DNA of 64,000 bases from the NCBI RefSeq assembly GCF_006345805.1, contig NC_043000.1:15376001-15440000 (forward strand). The letters run 5' to 3'. The position numbers were made by a program, and so were the translations under genes. Shown here one piece after another: positions 23,155-36,089 of this stretch. The DNA comes from Octopus sinensis (lineage: Eukaryota). Positions within the stretch are counted from its first letter, which is position 1. Each line of letters begins with the position of its first letter. The notes below the pieces were generated by a model, which had not been told where the DNA came from, made no database searches, and saw only the letters and a list, made by a program, of their open reading frames with translations.

Positions 23155-23356
23155 TTAAACCGGCCATAGACCAAAATAGTCTTCCTGTTTTATGCTCAAA
23201 CCAGCCAGCTCTGACCTCTCACACCTACCCTACAAAGTTATTCTAAAAATATACAGGGTCATCATCAAAATTACAAAATGCTGTGCAATTAATTTAAAAC
23301 AATGTAATTAAACAAGCTTTACTTTTGGCAGATTAATCTGAATGCTAAAGGGTTAA
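23155..23356 (-). mobile_element. MITE family B
   Basis: Ends CTGAATGCTAAAGGG-TTAA; body is the reverse complement of 32660-32889. Confidence 0.65.
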
Positions 23357-23539
23357 ACAATTACTCTTGAGTTAACTGGGAAGAGATATTTGGGCCTTCC
23401 TAAATATGGCATTTGAAGATAGGAACAAGAATGGTAATATTTCATGTGCAGTCCTAATTTTTAAGTATATATGTATACATTTACGGAGATGTACTTGCAT
23501 AGCAAGTGATCTGATCTGAGATTGTGTGCTGGAACGAAA

Positions 23540-23778
23540 ACAATTGCAGCTTGGAAGGTGTTTATAAGCCATTTAAGAAACACAAAACTGTTAGATTCAC
23601 TTCAACATTTAAATTTAATTTGCCAAAATATTTTTGTCACACGGAATTTTGTTAGTGAACAGGTCGCGGTCTCAAAGCGACGAAAATATTTTGGCGAATT
23701 AAATTTTAATGCCGAAGTGAATCTAACGGTTTTTGTGTTTCTTAAATGGCTTATAAACACCTTCAACGCTGCAATTGT
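23540..23778. mobile_element. Foldback MITE with about 100-bp inverted arms
   Basis: Arms 23540-23638 and 23679-23778 are reverse complements around a 40-bp spacer. Confidence 0.8.
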
Positions 23779-25940
23779 ATACATTTAGCAATGTGTATAT
23801 TGGTGTAGTAATTGTATTTCTGTAAAGCTTTTAACTTAATGTCTTTGTACTGTAATAATTTTCATTATTTCAAGCACCCACCTCTCCTGTTTCAACCACT
23901 CAACTTCTTGACTGCAGTATTGGCTTCTGAATTCTTTTCTTTCCAACCAAGAGTCCATCATATTGCATTTCTTTAACTCTTCATGGCCAGTCAAGTTCTC
24001 ATTTTTATGTTCAAATTCTTTTGAATTTTCACTGAAGCAAATAACATCAGATTCTGAATCTTTTCTATTCTGTGGGTGTTTCTCATTAGTTGGAAAGGTA
24101 ACTCTATTTCAAGCCTGCATGTTCTGAACCATTGGAGCATACATTTGTTGACAGACATACAAACTTTATCACATCTACTTCATATCAACTGTTCTCAATA
24201 TTATCATAAATGTGGTTAGGGGAGAAACTAATAAATGTAAATATTGCAAGTTATAAAAAAAATCTCTTGGTCTAAAAATAACATTATGAACCCAGTGGAT
24301 TTTTTTTTTTTTTCTTCTAAGAAATTAAAATGGTTGTCTTGTGGATTTATAACAGATTTTTACAGCACAATGTGTACCGAGTAAGGGTAAGTCTGTTACT
24401 GTATAGTCAGATGCATAGGAAGGGGTGTGTGGGGTGCTGCAGTTAAGTAGCTGATTTGTTTGTAGAAATGTAAGTTGAGCTCCTGATTGCAGTAAACAGC
24501 TAAAGTTATCGCTAAATAACTTGAAATACTTTCTCTTCAAAGAAATGAGTTTTATAGGCCAAGGTAAAAAAAAAAAAATTGTATAGAACCCTCTGGAAAC
24601 ATCTGGTTCTTTGCTCCATCTCCCACTGCTGTTAAAAAAGTAAATATTGTTAGAATGTTACTACATTGTAAGTTACATTCTTAGATCTGGTATAGCTTTG
24701 TAATACCTAAGAAGGGAATTCGTAATTTAGTGTCCCTGAGCAAGCTTGATGTGTCTGTCAAGTCTCTCCCTCACAATATATCCCCCTAACACCCCTTTCT
24801 TCTACTTTTGTCCGTTCACTAGTCCCTCCTCTTCATCTCCCACTTTCCTTTCAGTCTTGCAAACTTGCTCACTTTATCCTACCTTTGTTTATTGTTACAT
24901 ACACCTCTCTATGCATCACATCTCATCATCTCCATCCAACTGAGGTAATTGTATATCTTCTGAAAGATATCTATTTCTGTCCTATTCATACTCTAACCTC
25001 TCGTCACCTGGTACTAAACCATCTTCCTCAATACTATTCCTCCTCTCAGTTGTCTTGCAAGTGACTTGGTGACCTCACTACTGCCGATACCAGGTGAAAA
25101 AAACCATCAGTACACTCTAAAGTGGTTGGCATTAGGAAGGGCCTCCAACTGCAGAGCTTGGTGCAGTCTTCTGACTTGTCAGCTCCTGTCAAACTGTCCA
25201 AGCCATGCCAGCATAGGAGAATGTTAAATAATGATGTTGAAGAGAAACTCTAAGCCATATAATGTTTTCAGGTTATACATTCAGTTGCTTATTTACCAGC
25301 ATGGTGATATCAAATTCCTATTTAATGCAACTTCTGTTTAATTTAACATGGTTTATCATTGGCAATGCTTAGCATTTCAGTGTCTGCTTTGGTATCATCT
25401 CTATGGCTGGTTGCCCTTAACACCAACCATTCTGCAGACTACAGGGTTCATTTGTTTATGATACCAGCACATGTAAGGTTACCAGGTAATTTGCAAGACA
25501 GGATCCTTTAACAGGGTGGGGGTATCGAGAGAGGTGGCTTTATGCCTGGTGTTCAGGGTCAGAAACAGGTGTCTTGCAAGAAAGAAGAGAGATAATGTGT
25601 CGGTATACTCCCCAGACACAAGATGGATAAACAATTGAAGATGGCTAGGTGAGTAGGTTTGAGAGTGTGAAAATAGTGATAGATGGGAGAGATGATAGAA
25701 ATGAACAGTGAACAGTTGTAGAATATAAGGAAAATTGTGGGTCAGGAAGGAGGTGATTGGTGGTAACACAAAGACGGTGGAGAGCAACAGTAGATAAACC
25801 ATATATGAATGAAAAATGGAGCTATGAAGTGTGGAGCAGAGATGATGCAAGTTGGGATGGATGAGTTACAGAAAGAGGTGTGGGATATAGGTGGCAGATA
25901 TAAGAGGGTGTTCAGGATGACTGGCAAGAAGTGGTAACTC

Positions 25941-26120
25941 ATCATCGTTTAGCGTCCGTTTTCCAAGCTAGCATGGGTTGGACGGTTCAACTGGGGTCTG
26001 TGAAGCCGGAAGGCTTCATCAGGCCCAGTCAGATCTGGCAGTGTTTCTACGGCTGGATGCCCTTCCTAACGCCAACCACTCTGTGAGTGTAGTGGGTGCT
26101 TTTTACGTGCCACCTGCACT
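25941..26120 (-). mobile_element. 5'-truncated RTE LINE 3'UTR
   Basis: CATCATCGTTTAGCGTCC...GGATGCCCTTCCTAACGCCAACC...TTTTTACGTGCCACC. Confidence 0.8.
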
Positions 26121-26815
26121 GGTAATAAAAAATAGGAGCTGGAATATGTGCAGCTCTATTGTCATAATTACAGCAGCTGAGGATATTGTGTTGTACTTAG
26201 CGGGGTGAAGAAGGGATGGATGTTACGAAGATGAGTTGTAGGTAAGTCTGAACAGAAACAGACTGACTGCAGGGCGCACAATTCAGTAACAACATGTTTT
26301 TAGGACTTCATTTTTGCTGAGATGTATGGGTTTTCTTGAGTATCCTGAATAGCTATTGAATTAAGCCATTTGAAGCGAAACAACTTCTTACTAGTACAGT
26401 ATTGTCCTCATTGTTTAACAATCACTTTTCCATGCTTGCATGAGTCAGGCGAAATTTTGTTGAGACAGTCTCTATGGCTGGATGTCCTTCCTGTCACCAA
26501 CCCTCGCCTGCTTCCAAGCAAGGTAATATTTTCCCGAAGGCCAGGCATGTTTTTCACAAAAGACTGGAAGCAAACAACCTGTTTTATATGATAATGATGC
26601 TGATTTACAACCATCCTGTGATGTTTAGACAAGAGTACACACAAATGCATACTGTGGGCTTATTTCAGTTTCTGCCTCCAAATCCACTCACAAATTTTGA
26701 TTGGCCTAGGGCTATAGGAGAAGACACTTGCCCAAGGTGCCATGCTGTGCATATACATAAATACCTTTAGGATAATCCTTGAAAGTAATCAAAATCACTA
26801 TTGCAAAATGATGGA

Positions 26816-27170
26816 TGGAAGCATTCCGTCGGTTACGACGACGAGGGTTCTGGTTGATCCGATCAACGGAACAGCCTGCTCGTGAAATTAACGTGTAAGT
26901 GGCTGAGCACTCCACAGACACGTGTACCCTTAACGTAGTTCTCGGGGATATTCAGAGTGACAAGGCCGGCCCCTTGAAATACAGGTACAACAGAAACAGG
27001 AAGTAAGAGTGAGAGAAAGTTGTGGTGAAAGAGTACAGCAGGGATCACCACCATCCCTGCCGGAGCCTCATGGAGCTTTAGGTGTTTTCGCTCAATAAAC
27101 ACTCACAACGCCTGGTCTGGGAATCGAAACCGCGAGTCCGCTGCCCTAACCACTGGGCCATTGCGCCTCC
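26816..27170 (-). mobile_element. tRNA-derived SINE family C
   Basis: Head GGAGGCGCAATGGCCCAGTGGTTAGGGC, B-box GGTTTCGATTCC, end CGACGGA(A/G)TGCTTCCA. Confidence 0.88.
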
Positions 27171-27600
27171 ACATATATATAGGGAGGGGCTGGAAAACCA
27201 GTGGCTTGCTGCTGTGGTACTCTGGGGATGACTACCTCATAGCACTGGGTGTATTTTGCAATCATAGGCAGGCGAGACGACGCACCTCCAGTCCCTTCCA
27301 GGAGTAATGGATACCAATATTTCACTGTTTTTTGCAGCTTATCAACATCATGTGCATGAAGCAAGCTGAATCACTAGTCTGTAACTAAGTGCAAATAGTC
27401 TCTCCTTGCCTTGACTTCACGTGATATTTGTAAATGAGTGCCACTATCATGCAAGTGGTGTCCTTTGATTCCAACGCTCCATGAAAACAGGAGCATAAAA
27501 CAATGATGTGTTATATTTGGTGAAAAATTTCAGTCAGTGGTGGTGGGGCAAAAATGGGGATATAACTGCTCTGGCTATTTGCCATATATTTTGCAATAGT

Positions 27601-27980
27601 GGAGGCGCAATGGCCCAGTGGTTAGGGCAGCGGACTCGCGGTGATAGGATCGCAGTTTCGATTCCCAGACCGGGTGTTGTGAGTGTTTATTGAGCGAAAA
27701 CACCTAAAGCTCCATGAGGCGCTGGCAGGGGATGGTGGTGATCCCTGCTGTACTCTTTCACCACAACTTTCTCTCACTCTTACTTCCTGTTTCTGTTGTA
27801 CCTGTATTTCAAAGGGCCAGCCTTGTCACTCTCTGTCATGCTGAATATCCCTGAGAACTACGTTAAGGGTGCATGTGTCTGTGGAGTGCTCAGCCACTTA
27901 CACATTAATTTCATGAGCAGGCTGTTCCGTTGATCGGATCAACCGGAACCCGTGTCGTCGTAACCGACGGAGTGCTTCCA
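27601..27980 (+). mobile_element. SINE family C
   Basis: Full-length copy in the opposite orientation to 26816-27170. Confidence 0.88.
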
Positions 27981-28090
27981 CCACAGCAGCAAACTGGCAA
28001 ACAAGCAAAACACATCCATTGAATATGTGTATTTGATAATGTTTACAACACTAGCATGGCTTTAAATTCATAATTTCTCTCTCTCTCCAT

Positions 28091-28310
28091 ATATATAATA
28101 AATAAATGCGCCCTTTTAAAGCCTAGCCAGGCTCATAGGCCCAGTTTCCCAGTTTCTATGGCGTGTGTGTTCCCCAGCTGGATGGGACACCAGTCCATCG
28201 CAGCGTTACTCATTTTTACCAGCTGAGTGGACTGGAGCAACGTGAAATGAAGTGTTTTGCTCAAGAACACAATGTGCCGCCCAGTCCAGGAATCGAAACC
28301 ACAATCTTAT
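28091..28310 (-). mobile_element. SINE fragment (V-domain-like 3' part)
   Basis: CCCCAGCTGGATGGGACACCAGTCCATCGCAG resembles the reverse of the core at 42280-42305; B-box GGTTTCGATTCC on the minus strand. Confidence 0.55.
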
Positions 28311-28799
28311 ATGCACACACAAGTTAGGCTTCTTTCAGTTTCCATCTACTAAATCCACCCACAAAGTTTGAGTCAACCAAGGGCTATAACAGAAGACGCC
28401 CAAGGTGCTATATAGTGGACTGAACCCCAAAGTGTGATTGGGAAGCAAACTACTTAGCACACAGACACACCTGTACCAGTTATTTTCATGTCACCTTGAT
28501 AATATTTGTGAATTTATCAGGACAAGCAACATTTTAGAGAATTACCTTTGACACACCCTGGTTCACTGAAACAAAAACCTGAGAGAAATGAAGGAAGTGA
28601 TGGTAGAGGTGAAGCCTCCTGTGTAGCTGAGAAGCTGTAAAATATGCCGTTGGTTCCTTGTCAAGTACAAAAACCTATTTGAGACTCAAGGAAGAATACC
28701 TTAACAAGTTAAGTCAATCAAAAATAATTTTCCCCTTTAATACTGAGGAGAGAAATATCCATCCCATGCCAGCACGGAGAATGGACATTAAAGGATTTT

Positions 28800-28890
28800 A
28801 GATATATATATATATATATATATATGTGTATATGTATATATATATATGTCTATATATATATATATATATATGTGTGTGTATATATATGTG

Positions 28891-28959
<69 letters not shown>

Positions 28960-29393
28960 GTGTGTATATATATGTATGTGTATATATATGTATATATACA
29001 TATATATGTGTGTATATATATGTGTGTGTGTGTCGGTGGCACGTAAAAAGCACCATCCGAATCGTGGCCGAAGCCAGTGCCGCCTCGACTGGCTTCCGTG
29101 CAGGTGGCACGTAAAATGCACCAATCCGACCGTGGCTGATGCCAGCCTCGCCTGGCACCAGTGCAGGTGGCACGTAAAAAGCACCCACTACACTCTCGGA
29201 GTGGTTGGCGTTAGGAAGGGCATCCAGCTGTAGAAACTTTGCCAGATAAGACCGGAGCCTGGTGCAGCCGTCTGGCTTCCCAGGTCCCCGGTCGAACCGT
29301 CCAACCCATGCTAGCATGGAGAACGGACGTTAAACGATGATGATGATGATGATGATATATATGTGTATATATATGTATATGTGTGTATATATA

Positions 29394-29442
<49 letters not shown>

Positions 29443-29595
29443 GTATGTGTGTATATATATATATATACGTATGTGTGTATATATATATATATGTATGTGT
29501 GTATATGTATATATATATATGTGTGTGTGTTTATGTATATATATATATGTGTGTGTATATATATATATGTGTATATGTATATGTATATATATGTG

Positions 29596-29666
<71 letters not shown>

Positions 29667-29685
29667 ATATGTATATATATATATA

Positions 29686-29731
<46 letters not shown>

Positions 29732-29947
29732 TATGTGTGTGTATATGTATATGTATATGTATGTATATGTATGTGTGTATATATATATATATATGTGTAT
29801 ATATATATCTATATGTTTTTGTATATATATGTGTGTGTGTATATATATATATCTATATATATATGTGTGTATATATATATCTATATATATATATATGTGT
29901 GTATATATATATCTATATATGTGTGTATATATATATATGTGTGTGTG

Positions 29948-29978
<31 letters not shown>

Positions 29979-30008
29979 GTGTGTGTATATATATATATAT
30001 ACACATAT
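28800..30008. repeat. Long (TA)n/(TG)n compound microsatellite interrupted by an RTE copy
   Basis: Dinucleotide tracts at 28800-29033 and 29355-30008. Confidence 0.95.
29034..29355 (+). mobile_element. RTE LINE 3'UTR with three ~62-bp tandem units
   Basis: GGTGGCACGTAAAA(A/T)GCACC occurs three times; (GAT)n tail. Confidence 0.85.
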
Positions 30009-31221
30009 AAAATAAAATAATCAAAACTAAATAACAGAAATAATCAGTGAAAAGCAGTGTCATTTTTTTAAAAAAATTTCAGTTACAACTGATATTGTTG
30101 GTAAAACATGTTCTTTGTATCTCCTTCTCCTCTTGGAAATTTTGAAGAAAATTATACTAATGTTTCCTTCAAATTTAATTAAATTCTATGTTTTTTTTGT
30201 GCAGCTGAAGATTGCTCTACATTTTAAATTTATGTAACGGTTGCATTATTCAATTAAATAGAGTCACATGAAACGATCATACTGCATTACCTCTGGATAT
30301 CCTTGTTGCTTATTTTGATTATAATCACCTTATCTTAAATTGTATGGATAATACCATACTAAATTCTGGTACCTAAACTTAAGTACCATATTCATCTGAA
30401 TCTCTCTCTCTCTGTATATATATATATGCAACATCGATATTCCTCCCTGTGTCTGTGAAATCTTGTATCCCTGCTCTAAGTCTTTATTTCCACACACGCC
30501 AGCTTAATTTAATTCGTCCTTAGTCGAAAGACACCTGTTGTTATGTCCTGCTATTATTTTTACTGTATTTGTGTAACATTGTCCTTTTTTTTGTATACCT
30601 TCACTGCTTTCTTCCAAAGAATCTAATGCTCTTAGCTTAGTTTTTCCTTGGGACTGGCCAGATTGGAGCAATCTCGAGTATAATCAGCTGAAATTGCGAA
30701 GATAATCTGGTACTTGACTGAGGAAAGAAAACTTCGAATCACCCATCCGTGTTTTTTCTTGTCCCTTTTTTGTATCATCTGTCTGGATGTTTTGTTGCCC
30801 CTTTTTTGTATCATCTAGCTGTCTGGATGTTTTGGATCAGACACAATTCATTAAGGCAGATTTTCTATGACTAGATGCTCTTCCTGGCACCAACCCTTGT
30901 TTCCAAGCAAGGTAATATTTCCCCCATGGCAAAATGTGATTTCCACTGAAGTCTGGAGACAAACATTGCTTATATGACAGTGATGCTCATTTATAACCAT
31001 CATGTGATGTCAACCAAGGGCATACACACACCCCTTTTATCTTTTACATGTTTCAGTCAGACTGTGGCCATACTGGTGCACCACCTTGAAGAATTTTTAG
31101 TTGATTGAATTGACTCAGTATTTATTTTTTAAAGCCTTGTACTTATTTCATCGGTCTCTTTTGCTGAAATGCTAAGTAATGGGGATGTAAACACACCAAC
31201 ACTTGTTGTCAAGTGGTGGTG

Positions 31222-31262
<41 letters not shown>

Positions 31263-31272
31263 CATACATATC

Positions 31273-31635
31273 GGCGTAGAAGTGGCTGTGTGGTAATTAG
31301 CTTGCTTACCAACCACATGATTCCGGGTTCAGTCCTACTGCGTGGCACCCTGGGCAAGTGTCTTCTACTATAGCCATGGGCCGAAGAAAGCCTTGTGAGT
31401 GGATTTGGTAGACAGAAACTGAAAGAAGCCTGTCGTCATCATCATCATTTATCCCCCAACATCGCTTGACAACCGATGCTGGTGTGTTTACGTCCCCATA
31501 ACTTAGCGGTTCGGCAAAAGAGACTGATAGAATAAGTACTAGGCTTACAAAGAATGAGTCCTGGAGTCGATTTGCTCAACTAAAGGCGGTACTCCAGCAT
31601 GGCCACAGTCAAATGACTGAAACAAGTAAAAGAGT
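31273..31635 (+). mobile_element. SINE family O
   Basis: Head plus second half as in other copies. Confidence 0.8.
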
Positions 31636-31984
31636 ATACATACAAGCTTCCTTCAGTTTCTCTCTCTCAAATCTACTTACAAGGCTTTGGTAGAAGGTGC
31701 CACAAAGTGGGACTGAACCCAGAACCTTGTGGTCGAGAAGCAAGTTTCTTATCCACACACCCACACAAAGAGATAGATAAATGAGACAGTCAGTCTCCAT
31801 TGAACTAAACCAAAAAACAAGGTAATATAATCTGTTTCTTTATCAAAATAGTAACATCAATATAATATCACATGAAATTCCTTAAATTAAACACACACTC
31901 AGGCACCCATGCACACAGTGAAACAAAGAAAAGAAAAAAAAAAAAAAGAGAGAAAAATCTAACAAATTTATCGCATGTAAATTA

Positions 31985-32209
31985 TTAGATGCTGAAAGTT
32001 TGATTAATGAAAACTGGATCAGAGAATTTAGATGTGACTATATAAAACAATGTCGGAAGTATAGTAAGAATCAAACATGAGGCATGAATTTCTGGTTTCT
32101 TCAGCTGAGTAATGGCAATGATTCCATAAGCATGCAAGAGCCAATGTCCAATAATTATTACTAAATTGTTCAATTTGGTGAAATTCTCTTTGAGTAATCC
32201 TAAAACTGT
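31985..32209 (-). CDS. JKAMP: JKAMP last coding exon
   Basis: TVLGLL...IIGHWLLHAYGIIAIT...PTLFYIVTSKFSDP...SI then TAA; HWLLHAYGII is the JKAMP signature. Confidence 0.96.
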   Translation of the reverse strand, partial: TVLGLLKENFTKLNNLVIIIGHWLLHAYGIIAITQLKKPEIHASCLILTILPTLFYIVTSKFSDPVFINQTFSI

Positions 32210-32354
32210 CTGAAAATAGAAAGAAACACGAAGAGAAATAAATAACAATGTACTGATAAAGTAAACTTGTTATTCAGGGGTCATATACAAGTGTACAAGG
32301 TTGGGAATTTCATTTCATATTCATTCAAATTTATTAATATTTATTCAAATTTTA

Positions 32355-32659
32355 CATGCCACCGACACGTAAAAAGCACCATTCAAGTGTGATCGTTACC
32401 AGCATCACCTTACTGGCATGTAAAAAAAAAAACACCATTTGGGCGTGGCCGTTGCCAGTACTGCCTGACTGGCCCTCGTGCCGGTGGCACATAAAAGCAC
32501 CCGCTACACTCACAGAGTGGTTGGCGTTAGGAAGGGCATCCAGCTGTAGAAACTCTGCCAGATCAAGATTGGAGTCTGGTGCAGCCATCTGGTTCGCCAG
32601 TCCTCAGTCAAATCGTCCAACCCATGCTAGCATGGAAAGTGGACGTTAAACAATGATGA
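32355..32659 (+). mobile_element. RTE LINE 3'UTR in JKAMP intron
   Basis: Repeated ACGTAAAAAGCACC units; ends GTTAAACAATGATGAT. Confidence 0.8.
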
Positions 32660-32889
32660 TTAACCCTTTAGCACTCAGATTACTCTGGCAAATGTTATAC
32701 TTATTTATTTATATTGTTTTGAATTAATCAGGGATTATCTCATAGCTTCAAGATTTCAGTGATGTGATTGTTTTATTCTTAGAATGACATTGTTAGATTA
32801 GTTTAGAAAGGTAGGATCTGGTTAGTTTGAGCATAATACAGGGAGAATATTTTGGCTGGATTTGGCTGGTTTAAATGCTAAAGGGTTAA
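32660..32889 (+). mobile_element. piggyBac-like MITE family B
   Basis: TTAA-CCCTTTAGCA ... TGCTAAAGGG-TTAA terminal inverted repeats. Confidence 0.85.
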
Positions 32890-33253
32890 AAAATAAAAAT
32901 TAGATTTTGGGGTTTAAAATTGGTAAAAATGAGTTTTCTAAGGTTGGAAGCACAAATAGGGAAGAAAATAATTTGAATATTTTTTTTTTCAAAACTGAAA
33001 TTTAAATTCAAATTAACATTGCAATTTAATCAAAATGACAACATGTATAATATGAATTCCATGACAAAGTCCAATCCTTGTTGCAGTGTGGTGGCTTGTA
33101 TGCCTCAATAAGTCTGAGAGGGATGCCAGCAGAATGCAAGCTCCTGGTAAGGTCTCCCATGCTGGACAGGTCAAAGGATAGAGGCAAGACTAATATGGAC
33201 CACCTCTTCCCAGAGGTAAAAATGGGTTTGCATAGAGTGAAGACCTCAATGTG

Positions 33254-33623
33254 TGGAAGCACTCCGTCGGTTACGACGACGAGGGTTCCGGTTGATCCGA
33301 ATCAACGGAACAGCCTGCTCGTGAAATTAACGTGTAAGTGGCTGAGCACTCCACAGACACGTATACCCTTAATGTAGTTCTCAGGGATATTCAGCGTGGC
33401 ACAGAGAGTGACAAGGCCGGCCCCTTTAAATACAGGTACAACAGAAACAGGAAGTAAGAGTGAGAGAAAGTTGTGGTGAAAGAGTACAGCAGGGATCACC
33501 ACCATCCCCTGCCGGAGCCTCGTGGAGCTTTAGGTGTTTTCGCTCAATAAACACTCACAACGCCCGGTCTGGGAATCGAAACCGCGAGTCCGCTGCCCTA
33601 ACCACTGGGCCATTGCGCCTCCA
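33254..33623 (-). mobile_element. SINE family C with target-site duplication
   Basis: Flanked by the direct repeat AGACCTCAATGT (33241-33252 and 33627-33638). Confidence 0.92.
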
Positions 33624-35216
33624 CAAAGACCTCAATGTAGAGGAAAGAAAAGCAAAGTTACAGAAACATCAATGAGAATCCAAAACCAACAAGGCCTGGG
33701 AGAGTCCAGAGTTAACAGTAGAAGAAAGTCATTGATAGCCTATGCTTCATAGGGAGCAAAGGGCTTGAGTAAGTAATAATATGAATAGCTAAAACATTTT
33801 TTTTCCTATTGGTAATTAATTCAAATTTCAATTAACTGAAATTTGAAAAGATTTTCTAAAATTCAGCCTAAAACTGAAAAATTTGAAACAATCTTTATCA
33901 ATTTTTAAATCAGATATAAAATATACACTTTCACAAGGTAACCAGATCACCTGGCATTATGTTTTCAAAAGTGATCTCAGAGGAATTGCCGGAAAGGGTG
34001 AGGAAATTTGGGTATTGAATAAAGCAATTAGTGTATCATTTTCTCTGCAAGAGACTATGAAAAGATCTGTGTTCAGCAATGTAAAGTGGCAAATCACATG
34101 TTATGGAGTGTCCCCACTGAGTTGTACCTTCTTCTTATGCCTATATACAGCTGAACAGTTTGAATTAGCTAACAGAAACAGTATTTTAATTTCATAAGTA
34201 GATAGCAGCAACAAAAATCATAAAAAGCTGACAAAACCCTTTTGAGTGGATTTGTTAGAAACTGAGAGAAGCTCATTGTATATGTATGTTTATATATATA
34301 TATATATATCATGGCACTCCATCAGTTATGATGATGAGGGTTCCAGTTGATCCAATCAACTGTACGTGAAATTAATGTGCAAGTGGCTGAGCACTCCATA
34401 GACATGCATACCCTTAAGGTAGTTCTCAGGGAGAATCAGCGTGGGCCCTTTGAAATCCAGGTACAACAACGATTCTACCAGTTCACCACCTTGCTTCAAC
34501 TAGAAATAACGTCAAAGCTAGTTCTGCTAGCTATAGCTTCCAGAGTCAATAAATTAAGAAACATCATCATCATCATTTAATAACCATGTTCGATGCTGGC
34601 ATGGATTGAGTGGTTTGAATGATCTGATGGGTCGAAGGGCTGGCTCAAGCTCCAGTGTTTGCTTTGATATAGTTCTTATGGCTGAGTGCCCTTCCTAATG
34701 TCAACGACATTACAGAGTGTACTGGGTGCTTTTTGTTTTCATGACACCAACACTAGTGAGGTCATCAGGCAGCTTGTACGTCTATGAACTCTGTGGGAAT
34801 AGAGGCTGGCTCTATGCAAGGAGATGATGGGCTGAAGTATGAGAGAAGGCAGGGGTGTGAGGAGGGAGAGCAGGTTCTTGTTGTAGAGGAGCTACATGGC
34901 TACTCGCATTCAGAAGAGAAGGTGAGAATGATCAGTAGGAAGTGAAAAGAGATAAATAACAGTGATGAGATGTTCAGGTGACCCCTAAACTTTTTCAAGT
35001 TGCTCTAGTACATCATCATCATCATCATTTAACGTCCGCTTTCTATGCTAGCATGGGTTGGACGATTTTGACTGAGGGCTGGCAAACCAGATCGCTGCAC
35101 CAGGCTCCAATCTCGATCTGGCTGAGTTTCTACAGCTGGATGCCCTTCCTAACGCCAAATGCTCTTCTTCATAAACAAATTAAAATAGAATGCAGTTATG
35201 CGCAAAACTATCTTAC

Positions 35217-35293
35217 CTGCTCTTCACAATGTGCAAGGTGTGTTGCATGTGTTGCTAGAGACAACACTATCAAAATATATGGATAAGCATAAT
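35217..35293 (-). CDS. JKAMP: JKAMP coding exon 5
   Basis: YYAYPYILIVLSLATHATHLAHCEEQ; TTCCAG acceptor and GTAAGA donor; 77 nt. Confidence 0.94.
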
Positions 35294-35706
35294 CTGGAAA
35301 GAGAAATGTAAATCAGATGAAATATAGTTGCATTAACTTACATAGATATATTATTAATGATATACATAACTTGAAATACTCATACTCATACGAAATTACT
35401 TTTCTATAATCTTTAATTGTTACACCGAAGAGGCCAGGGAACAGAAGAAAGAAGACATGCACCCAACACCAGAACTGAAGACACCTCCGAAAGTGGGGGC
35501 CCTGCCACGTCAAAACGGTAGAGGAGTAAGGGCCGAAACCAGACATGGTTCCTCCTGATGGTGTCTGGAGCTAACTGGATCCTATAAAGAAGCTGTTGTG
35601 GTAGCAGACTACGAAACATGGTTGTAATTCCTCCTTGGCAAATGCTTCAGCCATGCAGTTATTTTCAAGTTTAGTTATACTTCTTTATGTCATTACAAGT
35701 ACAAAG

Positions 35707-36089
35707 TGGAGGCGCAATGACCCAGTGGTTAGGGCAGCGGACTCGCGGTCGTAGGATCGCGGTTTCGATTCCCAGACCGGGCGTTGTGAGTGTTTATTGA
35801 GCGAAAACACCTAAAGCTCCATGAGGCGCCGGCAGGGTATGGTGGTGATCCCTGCTGTACTCTTTCACCACAACTTTCTCTCACTCTTACTTCCTGTTTC
35901 TGTTGTACCTGTATTTCAAAGGGCCGGCCTTGTCACTCTCTATGTCACGCTGAATATCCCCGAGAACTACGTTAAGGGTACACGTGTCTGTGGAATGCTC
36001 AGCCACTTACACGTTAATTTCACGAGCAGGCTGTTCCGTTGATCGGATCAACCGAAACCCTCGTCGTCGTAACCGACGGAGTGCTTCCA
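35707..36089 (+). mobile_element. SINE family C
   Basis: Full length; imperfect TSD ACAAGTA(C/T)AAAG. Confidence 0.9.

Noticed and set aside
27601-27680. tRNA gene (also other SINE heads)
   Set aside because: A- and B-boxes are present but there is no complete cloverleaf; each head continues into a SINE body found in many copies.
29034-29190. HDV-like ribozyme in the RTE tandem units
   Set aside because: The loop resembles L3 (CCTCG), but P1/P2/P3 could not be arranged in the nested double-pseudoknot order by hand.
28788-30063. Long YI/VC/HT-rich ORFs (up to 227 aa)
   Set aside because: They are translations of (TA)n/(TG)n microsatellites, which lack stop codons in these frames.
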